Shown here piece by piece: positions 39,219-48,298 of a stretch of 64,000 nucleotides of DNA; positions within the stretch are counted from its first letter, which is position 1; every line of letters begins with the position of its first letter. The stretch is taken from positions 1,408,001-1,472,000 of the forward strand of contig OZ242311.1 in assembly GCA_965207885.1 (NCBI GenBank), read 5' to 3'. This DNA comes from Candidatus Latescibacterota bacterium (GTDB lineage Bacteria; Latescibacterota; UBA2968). The translations under genes and the position numbers were made by a program. Under the pieces are notes generated by a model. It saw only the letters and a program-made list of their open reading frames with translations, was not told the DNA's origin and ran no database searches.

Positions 39219-40115
39219 TCATCCGCTTTGATTTTCTCTCCCCCAGTGCTTTTGTCGCACCAATGGCATCCAGCCAAACCGCTTATAGAACCTTCCCGCG
39301 CCAGCCTGTTCGTCCTCCCGCGCAACGGACAGCACGACCCGATCGCACTCAGCCAGCCGCAGCCATTCAACAGCGTGACGGACAACCCACGAACCGACTC
39401 CCTGATTTCGCATTGAATCGCTCGTCTCGACCTCCGAAAGCTCAGCCCATCCCGCCAATGCGGGCAACTGGCCGCCTTCAGTAAGATCCGAAATACATTC
39501 ACAGTGCGCAACATCTCGTCCTTCCCATCGCGCGACAAATCGGGTACCGAATTTCCCCACATCGCGATGGATTGTTACACCTCTTACTGGCGGCTCACCA
39601 GGAGAAGAAATTTCATTCAGCGTGCCACCATAGACGGTTGAATCAACTTCCCTATTCGATGAATAACCAAATCGCTCTATCAGATCAGCTATGTGCGGCC
39701 AGACCTTCGGTATTCCTACACAAGTATGAACCGGCAAGGTACCCGAAATCCTCTCGTCCAATACCTGCCAGGCATTCATTTGACGCCGGCACTCCGTCAT
39801 GATTACCTCGCCAGCTTCACGCTCTCCGGGCCAAAACAAGATCCAATCAATTTCTCCAACGCCCCTCCAGCGCGTGTCGTCACCGTATCGGAGGAGATGC
39901 GCCGCCGCGCAAACGCGATCTCTGACTATTCCAACAATGGACCTTCTCTCAACAACCCAGGGATCAACGACTTCCTCCCGCGGATTTCTCTTCAGATGCT
40001 TCCAAAAGTAATCGGGTGTCAAGCTCCACCCGGGTATCACGGTGCTGAGATGACTATTCACAAGATCCATGACTTGGGGTAGATGAAAGCGATCAAGTGG
40101 TGCTATTTGTACCAT
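39219..40115 (-). CDS. GNAT acetyltransferase (tandem domain)
   Basis: MRNQGVGS, RFYKRFGW; start estimated. Confidence 0.8.
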   Translation of the reverse strand: MVQIAPLDRFHLPQVMDLVNSHLSTVIPGWSLTPDYFWKHLKRNPREEVVDPWVVERRSIVGIVRDRVCAAAHLLRYGDDTRWRGVGEIDWILFWPGEREAGEVIMTECRRQMNAWQVLDERISGTLPVHTCVGIPKVWPHIADLIERFGYSSNREVDSTVYGGTLNEISSPGEPPVRGVTIHRDVGKFGTRFVARWEGRDVAHCECISDLTEGGQLPALAGWAELSEVETSDSMRNQGVGSWVVRHAVEWLRLAECDRVVLSVAREDEQAGAGRFYKRFGWMPLVRQKHWGRENQSG

Positions 40116-40581
40116 ATAATTTCTCATAAAAAACAATAGTCATTCTGTCATTGAGCTCTCGCGTAATACCAGTTCTCCTATAGCCCATTTTCTCATAAAA
40201 ATAACAATTGCCTTCCTCTTGTAAAATCGTCTCAAGCTCCCAGTGCTCCGCATCAACAACATCTTCAACAAGTGCCATAGCATCCTGACCATACCCCTTC
40301 CCCTGATGCTCTGGGACGATAAACATGGGACTAATCCTCGCCCGTCTCACCTCGCCATCGTAGATAATTCTGATCGCTCCGATTCGCACGCCGTCAAGCA
40401 TAATGAAGTAATAAGTGGTATGGGGCTGCTTTAATCTGTCGATAACCCGTTCAACATCTTCAGTGGCTGGATTCGTATCGTAATCCCGATACTTGCGAAG
40501 CAGTGGCAAAAATGACTCAATCTGAAGTCCGTGAATAGCTTCGGCATCTCTAATAGATGCTTTCTTTAAACTGATTCGCAT
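40093..40581 (-). CDS. GNAT acetyltransferase
   Basis: PEHQGKGYG, N.YFYEKMGY. Confidence 0.88.
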   Translation of the reverse strand: MRISLKKASIRDAEAIHGLQIESFLPLLRKYRDYDTNPATEDVERVIDRLKQPHTTYYFIMLDGVRIGAIRIIYDGEVRRARISPMFIVPEHQGKGYGQDAMALVEDVVDAEHWELETILQEEGNCYFYEKMGYRRTGITRELNDRMTIVFYEKLYGTNSTT

Positions 40582-40585
40582 AAGT

Positions 40586-41137
40586 TCACCTATTTTTTCG
40601 AGCCTCCCATTCATCACGCAATAACCCACACCACACCATGTTTTTAAATTCGCCTCTCAGATAGATATCCTGGCGCAGGACACCTTCACGGACCATTCCG
40701 AGCTTCTCCATTACCCGGAGAGAACCCACATTCCTCTCATCGGCTGCAGCGCGAATGCGATTCAACTCTGGATAGCCTGAAAACGATTCGTCGATAACAG
40801 CACCCGCAGCTTCCGTAGTCAACCCTTTTCCCCAAAAGCGTCGGGCAATGCTATAGCCCATTTCGCCAACGCGATTATCAAAATCAAACCCAATATTGAT
40901 TCCACCAATAACAGAACCAGCGTATTCAATCGCCCAGGACACGTGTGTTTTGCGATCCTGCAACACTTGACCTGCTACAAATTTTTCGGCATCTGCTCTC
41001 GTGTAGGGTTGGGGAACCGGGAGAAAACGCGCCCATTCCGGATCAGATGCGTATAACAAAACATCTTCAACATCCACAAGGCTAAACAGCCTGAGTATCA
41101 ATCGGTCTGTTTGAATAAGTTCTGACAGCATTTTCAT
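40586..41137 (-). CDS. GNAT acetyltransferase, RimJ/RimL type
   Basis: TDRLILR, EMGY, FWGKGLTTEA, N.GS.RVMEKLG..EG. Confidence 0.92.
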   Translation of the reverse strand: MKMLSELIQTDRLILRLFSLVDVEDVLLYASDPEWARFLPVPQPYTRADAEKFVAGQVLQDRKTHVSWAIEYAGSVIGGINIGFDFDNRVGEMGYSIARRFWGKGLTTEAAGAVIDESFSGYPELNRIRAAADERNVGSLRVMEKLGMVREGVLRQDIYLRGEFKNMVWCGLLRDEWEARKNR

Positions 41138-41151
41138 GTCTCTTTTTTCAG

Positions 41152-41772
41152 TCAGCGCACATCCTCATTTAACCACCTGGAAAAACTCTCGTCATTGGTG
41201 TACTCATAGGCAAAACCACCACAACCTCTGAACAACTTTGGCTCCTTGCTGCCATCTTCAATCAAGAGACTATTTTCATAGTGAATATCATCCCCCAGCG
41301 CTTTAAATGCAATGGGCCAGAGTACGCGCTTATCGAATTCTCCGTAATCAGAAGAATTGATAATCACATCAAATTTTTCATCCAATCTATGCGCTGGAAC
41401 GACGACATTTGAGAAAACATCCATATTGGCAGTTACAATTGCAGTTCGTCTCCCTTGACTTCTCTGCGCGAGCGCGAAATTCAGAACTGCCTCGTTAAAG
41501 TCAAGATCTCTGCATCCCAACGCCATAGTTTTCAAAACCGTAGAAATATCCATATTTGCGTGATCGGAGACAATGGCCGCAATATCTCTAAGACCCAGGG
41601 CATTCGTCATCCACATCCTGCAGACAGGCCGATTGGCGAACACATGCTCTTGGATAATATCGTGCCACTCGGGACATTCAGGTGGAGATACCTTGAAATA
41701 GAGATCCGATGACAACGTAAAACCGAAATCGAAAACAATACACTTGATCTTACTCAGATCACCAACCTTCAT
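41152..41772 (-). CDS. HAD-like hydrolase
   Basis: IVFDFGFTL (motif I variant), VTAN, LLIED. Confidence 0.7.
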   Translation of the reverse strand: MKVGDLSKIKCIVFDFGFTLSSDLYFKVSPPECPEWHDIIQEHVFANRPVCRMWMTNALGLRDIAAIVSDHANMDISTVLKTMALGCRDLDFNEAVLNFALAQRSQGRRTAIVTANMDVFSNVVVPAHRLDEKFDVIINSSDYGEFDKRVLWPIAFKALGDDIHYENSLLIEDGSKEPKLFRGCGGFAYEYTNDESFSRWLNEDVR

Positions 41773-41786
41773 TTCCCACACCTTTT

Positions 41787-41848
41787 GACTGAACTTTTGG
41801 AATAGTCTCGAAATGGTGAAGGCATCAATCTACAAATTGGGATTCAAT
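41787..41848. repeat. 62-bp direct repeat, copy A (3' end of the APH gene plus downstream spacer)
   Basis: 55/62 identical to 45941-46002 by manual alignment. Confidence 0.9.
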
Positions 41849-42670
41849 AGCTCTGACAACACCAGGTACGTACTGCTCAAAGCCGTAATTTAGAGCGAAG
41901 AAAACAACAAAAAAGAGCTTTCGCTTTGACTCATAATCCACCCGCGGCCAGAAATCCTCCCCCAACGGCAATTGGTAGTGTTCAACCATATCCTCGGTAA
42001 ACTGCTTCCCGAACCTGCGATAAAACGTTGCGAAATCAGCAGCCGGATCGCTGATACTTATATCGCCGAAATCAATCACCCCAACAATCTTCGAGTGTGC
42101 CGCATCAATCAGGACATTGTTGGTACCAAAATCCGAATGGGCAATGACGTTCTGATAGGTGGCAGACGTGACTTTCGGTATTGCTCGTTGGAAGTAGTCT
42201 TCGGCTTTCTTCCGAACATGGCCTCGCAGATGCGGAGACACGGCTGGCCACAATTCTCCCCAGAAATCATTGCCCCCAAATGGAGCAGCCTTGATATGCT
42301 GGTGTTCGAATACAACAGCGTGAAGACAAGACAGAAAATTGCCCAAAACTTCTGCCGTAGTCTTTCTCTCCCTCTGACCGAGATTCTGAAATATCTTCTC
42401 AGAAAACTTGGCACCCTCTATCTTTTTGTAGGCTATGTAGTTGGTGCCCGAGTGGCGTATTTCCGGAATTGACAGAGGTGAGACTTTCTGGAAAAGGGGT
42501 AGAAAAGCCTGTTCAACAGCAAGCTGAGTATTTGAGAGATCCCGAACAAAGCGGAATATCCACTTCGCGTTTACTTCCAAAACCACATGCGTCCAGCCTT
42601 CATCCAACTGAATAATGGATTCGACAGGCTCAGTTAGCGCATTTCGAATGATTGATTCGTACGTCTGCAT
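41825..42670 (-). CDS. Aminoglycoside phosphotransferase (APH/ChoK) family protein
   Basis: EGW, HSDFGTNN (Brenner motif), GVIDFGD..DPA.D. Confidence 0.85.
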   Translation of the reverse strand: MQTYESIIRNALTEPVESIIQLDEGWTHVVLEVNAKWIFRFVRDLSNTQLAVEQAFLPLFQKVSPLSIPEIRHSGTNYIAYKKIEGAKFSEKIFQNLGQRERKTTAEVLGNFLSCLHAVVFEHQHIKAAPFGGNDFWGELWPAVSPHLRGHVRKKAEDYFQRAIPKVTSATYQNVIAHSDFGTNNVLIDAAHSKIVGVIDFGDISISDPAADFATFYRRFGKQFTEDMVEHYQLPLGEDFWPRVDYESKRKLFFVVFFALNYGFEQYVPGVVRAIESQFVD

Positions 42671-42900
42671 GCGATTTAGCTGAAATGCGCGTAATCCCCA
42701 AGTCCTTCAGACTTGGGATGTAACGCGCTAAAATTTATGGGGCGGTGCTTTAGCCTGGGGCATATCGCGAATATGCGATATGGGTGGTGAATCAACCAGA
42801 CTATTCGAATAATTCTACATGACAATGTGCTATGTATTTATTAGATTGAACCTATACAATCTAACACAAGGGGTTGATCGTGAAGTTGAAAAGTCCTGAC

Positions 42901-43293
42901 ATGAAATATCACACCTCGCACAGTGCAGTTTTCAGTTGCCATTATCATGTTGTCTGGTGTACCAAATATCGACGCCAAGTGCTGTCTGTTGACATGCAAA
43001 CCCGACTGAAAGACTTATTGCTTGAGAAGCAGTGCGAATATGGCTATGAAGTGCAAGGTTGTGAAATCTTGTCTGATCATGTTCATTTGCTTCTTTCTGT
43101 TACGCCGTCAAAGCCAGTGAGTAGTGTTGTAGGCAGGCTCAAAGGCTATACGGCTCATATTCTGCGGTCTGAATATCCAGAACTTAAAAGCAGATTGCCG
43201 TCTTTGTGGACGCGGAGTAAGTTTGTAGCAACCGCTGGCGAAGTGACGCTTGGAGTTCTGAAACGCTACGTCGAAAATCAAAAGGGCGTATAG
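42901..43293 (+). CDS. tnpA: IS200-type Y1 HUH transposase
   Basis: YHVVWCTKYRR, DHVHLL (HUH), LWTRS, YVENQ; start between 42874 and 42901. Confidence 0.95.
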   Translation: MKYHTSHSAVFSCHYHVVWCTKYRRQVLSVDMQTRLKDLLLEKQCEYGYEVQGCEILSDHVHLLLSVTPSKPVSSVVGRLKGYTAHILRSEYPELKSRLPSLWTRSKFVATAGEVTLGVLKRYVENQKGV

Positions 43294-44396
43294 TGGACTA
43301 TATAACTTACAAATTCAAGCTGTATTCGGTGTGTGACCGCAACAAGTACCTGCACTATGAGATAGACGCTTTTGCGGGCGTGTATAACCACTTCATAGCT
43401 TTGCACAAGAGATACTATCAGCGTTTCAATAAGTATCCGAACAAGTATGCACTGAAGAAGCATCTGACAAAACTGAAAAAAACTGAGCGGTTTGGTCATT
43501 GGAGTGCGCTACCGTCTCAGGCATTGCAAGATGTGGTATTTCGCATAGATTTTGGCTACCAGAAGTTCTTTGCCAGAGACAACAAGCGACCGCCCACATT
43601 CAGGTCACGCTTTCGGTATCAGTCCTATACGCTGGCGCAGGCAGGCTACAAATTTCTTTCTGGTAACAAAGTGCGTATCGGCAAGCGTGTATTCAGATAC
43701 CATAAAAGCAGAAACTTCGATGTAGATAGTATCAAGACGGTCACAATCAAGCGTGACCGTGTAGGTGACTTGTGGCTATGTGTTGTTGCAAAGGCTGAAG
43801 GTATCAAGTCATTCATTGCCAAGAACGGTAAAACCGCAGGCTTTGACTTTGGCTTGAAAACATACCTGACAGCCTCAGACACCACACGAACACAATCGCC
43901 TTTGTTCTTTTCTCGCAACGCCAGACAGGTGAAAAAAGCCAACCGCAATCTGTCACGTAAGCAGAAAGGCAGCAACAACTGCCATAGCGCAAGAGTAAAC
44001 CTTGCCAGAATGCATCGGCGTGTTGCCTCAAAGCGCAGGGACTATCACTGGCAACTTGCCTACCATCTTTGCAGGCAATATGACGTAATGTGCTTTGAAA
44101 AGCTGAATATCAAAGCCATCCAACAGTTGTGGGGCAGAAAGATTAACGACCTGGGCTTTGCCGACTTCTTGACCATCCTCAAGTATGTCGCACAAAAGAC
44201 AGGCAAGACAGTTCGGCAACTCGACCAGTGGCTACCCACATCTAAGACATGCTCCGCATGTGGCATGTTACAAGAGAATCTTGAATTGCGAGAAAGAACA
44301 TTCCGCTGTGGCTGTGGTCTTGAAATAGATAGAGACCTCAACGCAGCGATAAACATTCACAGGTGGGGGCGTCCACCTCTGGCGGAGGCAGCGTAA
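43293..44396 (+). CDS. tnpB: RNA-guided endonuclease TnpB
   Basis: RuvC-I GFDFGLK, RuvC-II CFEKL, Zn ribbon CSAC..CGC, RuvC-III DRDLNAAINI. Confidence 0.95.
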   Translation: MDYITYKFKLYSVCDRNKYLHYEIDAFAGVYNHFIALHKRYYQRFNKYPNKYALKKHLTKLKKTERFGHWSALPSQALQDVVFRIDFGYQKFFARDNKRPPTFRSRFRYQSYTLAQAGYKFLSGNKVRIGKRVFRYHKSRNFDVDSIKTVTIKRDRVGDLWLCVVAKAEGIKSFIAKNGKTAGFDFGLKTYLTASDTTRTQSPLFFSRNARQVKKANRNLSRKQKGSNNCHSARVNLARMHRRVASKRRDYHWQLAYHLCRQYDVMCFEKLNIKAIQQLWGRKINDLGFADFLTILKYVAQKTGKTVRQLDQWLPTSKTCSACGMLQENLELRERTFRCGCGLEIDRDLNAAINIHRWGRPPLAEAA

Positions 44397-44509
44397 GACC
44401 AGGCTTGAATAGCTGGCTACTGCCGTTGATACCACAATCCCTGCTGAAGCAACAAGAATCCCAATGCTTCAGCTTTGGGAGTACGTCAATCTCTCCACTT
44501 ATCGCGCGG
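44340..44509 (+). ncRNA. Predicted TnpB omega/reRNA: scaffold to 44489, guide from 44490
   Basis: Inferred from known IS605 architecture; the 5' boundary is a guess. Confidence 0.5.
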
Positions 44510-45220
44510 ATAGGCATAGAAGTTAAATTCTCCTCTATTGAGCGCCTCATCGAATTGCACAAGAGCCTTGATTACCTTTTTTCGGGCATCTGCCATAAAC
44601 GGATTCAGCAATTGCGTCTCTCTGTATGTAGAAGGCGAGTTCGTTTTCAGGTGTTCAATCAATTGCAGGAGAAACCTGCCTGCTCCAGATGGTAACTTCT
44701 CGCGCTCGTCCTCCGGTAGATAGAGTTCAAGAGCCATCCCAATGAAATGCGCCATACCAGGACCTGTTCTGCGGTCTTCATCTTCTGCAGTCCTGGGAAT
44801 CAGCTTACAACCCATTCGCTTCAAACATGCTGCTATATTGGGATCCGCTTTTCCAAATAGTGGTATATTGCCTGGACCAAGATGCGACAGTCCAAACCTC
44901 TTTCGATTCAATATTGACAGTTCCTTATCTACAGCAAGTCGTGCTGTACAACAATCAATCACAACGCAATCAGATTTGGCATGCTCATTGATCTTCGGAA
45001 CCCACTTGCCAAGTGCCCAGATGGGAATAGCCAAAAAAATAACATCTGCCTCGGAAAGACTTTCAGTATTGTTGCTTGACTGCCGCGCTCTAACATCAAT
45101 CAGCTCAGAGCTTATATCGCGACTTGAAATAACCTCGACCTGAAATTGATCTGCGAATGCATTTACTGCCTGCTTTCCCATTCTGCCAAAACCGATTATG
45201 CAAAGTCTCTTCCTTGCCAT
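44486..45220 (-). CDS. Prephenate dehydrogenase-like NAD(P)-binding protein
   Basis: IIGFGRMG, ADVIFLAIP, VIDCCT, Q.LNPF. Confidence 0.7.
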   Translation of the reverse strand: MARKRLCIIGFGRMGKQAVNAFADQFQVEVISSRDISSELIDVRARQSSNNTESLSEADVIFLAIPIWALGKWVPKINEHAKSDCVVIDCCTARLAVDKELSILNRKRFGLSHLGPGNIPLFGKADPNIAACLKRMGCKLIPRTAEDEDRRTGPGMAHFIGMALELYLPEDEREKLPSGAGRFLLQLIEHLKTNSPSTYRETQLLNPFMADARKKVIKALVQFDEALNRGEFNFYAYPRDKWRD

Positions 45221-45939
45221 TACAAATGACTTCCTTTATGTGAACTTCTGCTCGCCTGCTCGATCCAGTTGGGAAGATGCAAAACCAGATCATTCATTAT
45301 CCTCTCTGTATTTTCTACATAAATCTGCACATTGCCTTCATAAGCTTCGCCGCCTTCAGCCCCCACCAAATCTGTAACCCCGCGTAAAATGAGACATCTG
45401 ACCTTATTTCGGTTTGCTACCCAGGCAATTGCGCCCGATTCCCAATCCCCTGCTACTGCACCATATTTGGACTTCAAAACCGAAATATCTTCTGCCACCA
45501 GATCGCGGTCTGCTGATACCAGAACAGTTCTCAACACGGGATGGGGATATGGCTCACTTAACCACGAAAGATCAATCTCAGTTGTATAATCTCTGATCGC
45601 TTCCTCGGCATCCAACATCTGCTCGACAATATCATAGACAACCGTACGCTCAACCAGCACAATCGTATCCTTCTCAACCCCACTTTCAAATCCACCGCAA
45701 GTCCCCAAATTCACCACGAGATTTGGAGACCATTGATCAATAGCATATTGTGCTGATGATGCTGCCGAAATCTTACCCCATCCTCCGTGAAAAAATATGA
45801 CTGGCTGTTGCCCACCTTTAATGTCAAGGTGCGTCTCAAACCATTGTCCATAAGGAGATACTTGTAGGTCAGCATCGGGAAAAATTCTCTCGATAGCATC
45901 CCATTCAATATTGGCTGAAATGATCACAACAACAAACAT
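45220..45939 (-). CDS. 5'-methylthioadenosine/SAH nucleosidase family protein
   Basis: ISANIE, GGWGKISAA, NLGTCGG, DWESGA, RGVTD. Confidence 0.85.
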   Translation of the reverse strand: MFVVVIISANIEWDAIERIFPDADLQVSPYGQWFETHLDIKGGQQPVIFFHGGWGKISAASSAQYAIDQWSPNLVVNLGTCGGFESGVEKDTIVLVERTVVYDIVEQMLDAEEAIRDYTTEIDLSWLSEPYPHPVLRTVLVSADRDLVAEDISVLKSKYGAVAGDWESGAIAWVANRNKVRCLILRGVTDLVGAEGGEAYEGNVQIYVENTERIMNDLVLHLPNWIEQASRSSHKGSHL

Positions 45940-45940
45940 A

Positions 45941-46002
45941 GACTAAACTCTTGGGATAGCCTCGAAATAGTGAAGGCATCACTCTACAAATAGGGATTCA
46001 AT
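45941..46002 (-). pseudogene. 62-bp repeat copy B: last codons of an APH paralog (IESLFVE*) plus spacer
   Basis: Fills almost the whole gap between the racemase stop and the nucleosidase ATG; homologous to 41787-41848 (IESQFVD*). Confidence 0.85.
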
Positions 46003-46004
46003 TT

Positions 46005-46667
46005 TCAGTCTCCAACTTGTTTCCAAACATTGGCTGCATACATTAAGCCTATTTCAGGGCTGCTGAGGATTGGAACTGAAATTTCCGGGCACAAATTTGC
46101 GGCTCCCGCCATAGAGGCTTGTGCCAATACAATGACATCTCCTTCAGATGCTTTGTCTTTTATATTTCGGGCTATTTCACTAAAATATCCTTTGTGGTCT
46201 CCCTCCTCAAACCTGCTCCAAGCATTAGCACAAAAAACCTCAATAAGCTCAACGCGCTTTCGACGTGTTTTTGCGGTTTCAAAAATAAGGTCACGAGTTG
46301 GAGCGATTGTACTCTCAAGTGCGGCAGCAACAATAATTCGAGAACCTATTTCGACTGCTTTCTCAGCCATGGGTCTATCGATTCGAACAATAACACCATC
46401 TGTTAAATGATTTACTTTTTCCGCACTTGCTCCAATTGTAGAACATGTGCAGAGTATCACAGTTGCGCCTTTTTTTCTTTCGGAGAGGATACAATCCCGA
46501 ATACGTTCATCTAACTTTTGAGTGATTCCTTTGTCACGGGCCTCTGTCAGAAATTGCTCCTCTATAATATGTCTAACGGGTAATTCTAAAGAAGCTTCCT
46601 CTATAAGCCGATTGAAAGTATCGATATGCACCGGTGAAGTGTGAAGCAAAGCCAAATGGGATTGCAT
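46005..46667 (-). CDS. Asp/Glu/hydantoin racemase-like protein
   Basis: LLHTS, LCTCSTIG, RIDRPMA, VLAQASM; RBS before ATG at 46667 (the ORF-track start at 46742 lies inside the IS). Confidence 0.8.
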   Translation of the reverse strand: MQSHLALLHTSPVHIDTFNRLIEEASLELPVRHIIEEQFLTEARDKGITQKLDERIRDCILSERKKGATVILCTCSTIGASAEKVNHLTDGVIVRIDRPMAEKAVEIGSRIIVAAALESTIAPTRDLIFETAKTRRKRVELIEVFCANAWSRFEEGDHKGYFSEIARNIKDKASEGDVIVLAQASMAGAANLCPEISVPILSSPEIGLMYAANVWKQVGD

Positions 46668-46727
46668 GAAATGACGCCCTTTCTCCGATAAATAGCGTTT
46701 TACCACAAAAATTTTACTAATATTGTG

Positions 46728-47924
46728 CATAGTACACGACAAAACCTAAATCGGGTTAAAATCTGGCGGATTAATCAGTAAACGAATGCATTTGAGGAAC
46801 TGCTGGGCTTGTTGGTGTATATTGAGCAGGACATACTGCAAATAGTCCAACCCATATCGGAAGAGACTTTTTTCCATCCGTCCGTGGTTTTTGACCTTCA
46901 AAGGTTTTGTAAGGGCGATCCATTCGCCGATGATATGGGCCCAGGTGCAGGCAATAGCCAAAAGCGCGATGAGTTTTTCAATGCGATCTTGATGTATAAG
47001 GTGGGTCTCTTCCAGATTAAATCCTCGACTTTTCAAATTTGCAAAAAGGACTTCAATGCCCCAACGTTTTTTATACACCTCCAATGCGACTTGACGTTGT
47101 TGGTTGCTTGCAAGAATGAGGTATTGATCCTTCAATCTTAGCGCAGACACATACACAGGTAGGTCATAAACGCGGCGAGGTCTTTGTAGGCTGACCTGCT
47201 GATGGATGTGCAAATTTTCAAAGAGTTTTTTTATGGGTATCTCTCTATCTGCCCTTGAGACAAGGGCATTTTCCTTGATGCGGATGACAAAAGGGATGTT
47301 TTGTGTGTCTAACCACGCAAACCATTCTCTTCCAATGAATTCTCTATCTGCCAATACAACGCGGATATGAGACTTGGGAATGCGCGTAAGCACCTGTTTC
47401 ATCAAATTGATACGCTCATCACTATTGGAATTGCCTCGTTTTTTTAACAAGTGCCAACACATAGGAAAGGCGACCCCTTCATAGATAATGCCTGCGGTTA
47501 GGATGTTGATATTGAATTTGCCTAACTTCCAATTAGTGCGATCTATTGAGACTGCAAAATCGGTCTTTATAGGTAATAAGTGCAAGATCAGTCGCGTCAC
47601 GGCTTCATAAGGAATGTCAAACTCAGCGAAAAAACGCTGTATCCTGCGGTAATTTGATTGCGGTTTGACCTGTCCATTTAGCGCATTAGCCAATTTGGCG
47701 AAGTTGACCCTGCTCAGCTTGACCAAAGACAAGATGAAGGCCGCTGTGAAAGTGATGCGTGCTTTATGCCACCCAAAATGGCCTTGCAATACATGGTGAA
47801 GTTGTATAACTTGACGAGACATAGACCTGTGCCTTGTTGAGATGAGAAGGTTCGTTTTCACACATTCAAACCTAACTCTTTTTCACGTTTTGCACAGGTC
47901 TTTTATTTTTTGTCGTGTACTTTA
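46728..47924 (-). mobile_element. IS4-family insertion sequence, copy 2 (1197 bp)
   Basis: Same termini as copy 1; 9-bp target duplication AATATTGTG at 46719-46727 and 47925-47933. Confidence 0.95.
46746..47822 (-). CDS. IS4-family DDE transposase
   Basis: Protein identical to copy 1 in the ORF track. Confidence 0.93.
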   Translation of the reverse strand: MSRQVIQLHHVLQGHFGWHKARITFTAAFILSLVKLSRVNFAKLANALNGQVKPQSNYRRIQRFFAEFDIPYEAVTRLILHLLPIKTDFAVSIDRTNWKLGKFNINILTAGIIYEGVAFPMCWHLLKKRGNSNSDERINLMKQVLTRIPKSHIRVVLADREFIGREWFAWLDTQNIPFVIRIKENALVSRADREIPIKKLFENLHIHQQVSLQRPRRVYDLPVYVSALRLKDQYLILASNQQRQVALEVYKKRWGIEVLFANLKSRGFNLEETHLIHQDRIEKLIALLAIACTWAHIIGEWIALTKPLKVKNHGRMEKSLFRYGLDYLQYVLLNIHQQAQQFLKCIRLLINPPDFNPI

Positions 47925-47988
47925 AATATTGTGACAATCTTAGCGGCAAAATGGTTTCCATATCGCAGAAGTGGAAATAGACCATTGC

Positions 47989-48249
47989 TCAAACGGCTGT
48001 GGTCTGTCTAATTTCCCAACCGGGAAAAACGAGAACAGCCGGATGGCACTTCAACGCCCGAGCGAGCACCTTGGCGCGCTCAACACCAAGCCGGATGCGG
48101 TTATTTTCGATAGCCGAAATAGTCGATTGGGGAATACCTGTGCGCCTGGCAAGCTCATTTTGACTAAGTTCCTGAAGCTCTCGGATAATACGGACGGATT
48201 CTCCTACAGATACATCAATCTGTTTCTTGGCACGACGGTAATTTTCCAT
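47989..48249 (-). CDS. XRE-family HTH protein (HigA-like antitoxin)
   Basis: VGESVRIIRELQELSQNELARRTGIPQSTISAIEN. Confidence 0.85.
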   Translation of the reverse strand: MENYRRAKKQIDVSVGESVRIIRELQELSQNELARRTGIPQSTISAIENNRIRLGVERAKVLARALKCHPAVLVFPGWEIRQTTAV

Positions 48250-48250
48250 T

Positions 48251-48298
48251 TCACTGTCTCCGGTAATCATGAGCGGTTAGACTTACAACCTGTATGTA
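48251..48298 (-). pseudogene. 3' remnant of a RelE/HigB-type toxin gene
   Basis: Reads YIQVVSLTAHDYRRQ*, with an HDY end like HigB/RelE toxins; its stop is 1 nt before the antitoxin ATG; it starts directly after the GNAT stop. Confidence 0.7.

Larger units (their letters stand above)
42680..44489 (+). mobile_element. IS200/IS605-family element (tnpA plus tnpB), about 1810 bp
   Basis: Left hairpin AATC|CCCAAGTC-CTTCA-GACTTGGG downstream of TTAG (42676-42679); right hairpin GAAT|CCCAA..TTGGG ending in TCAA; the rejoined empty site restores a clean gene junction. Confidence 0.9.

Noticed and set aside
43293-44489. Cas12f/type V CRISPR system or IStron
   Set aside because: No repeat-spacer array; tnpB is coupled to tnpA within IS605 ends; the ~200-bp left region shows no group I intron features I can identify
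46668-46742. N-terminal extension of the racemase ORF in the ORF track
   Set aside because: The start lies inside the IS terminal repeat; the ATG at 46667 has an RBS
2903-47924. Composite transposon bounded by the two IS4 copies
   Set aside because: Each copy has its own matching target duplication, and the outer flanks do not match each other
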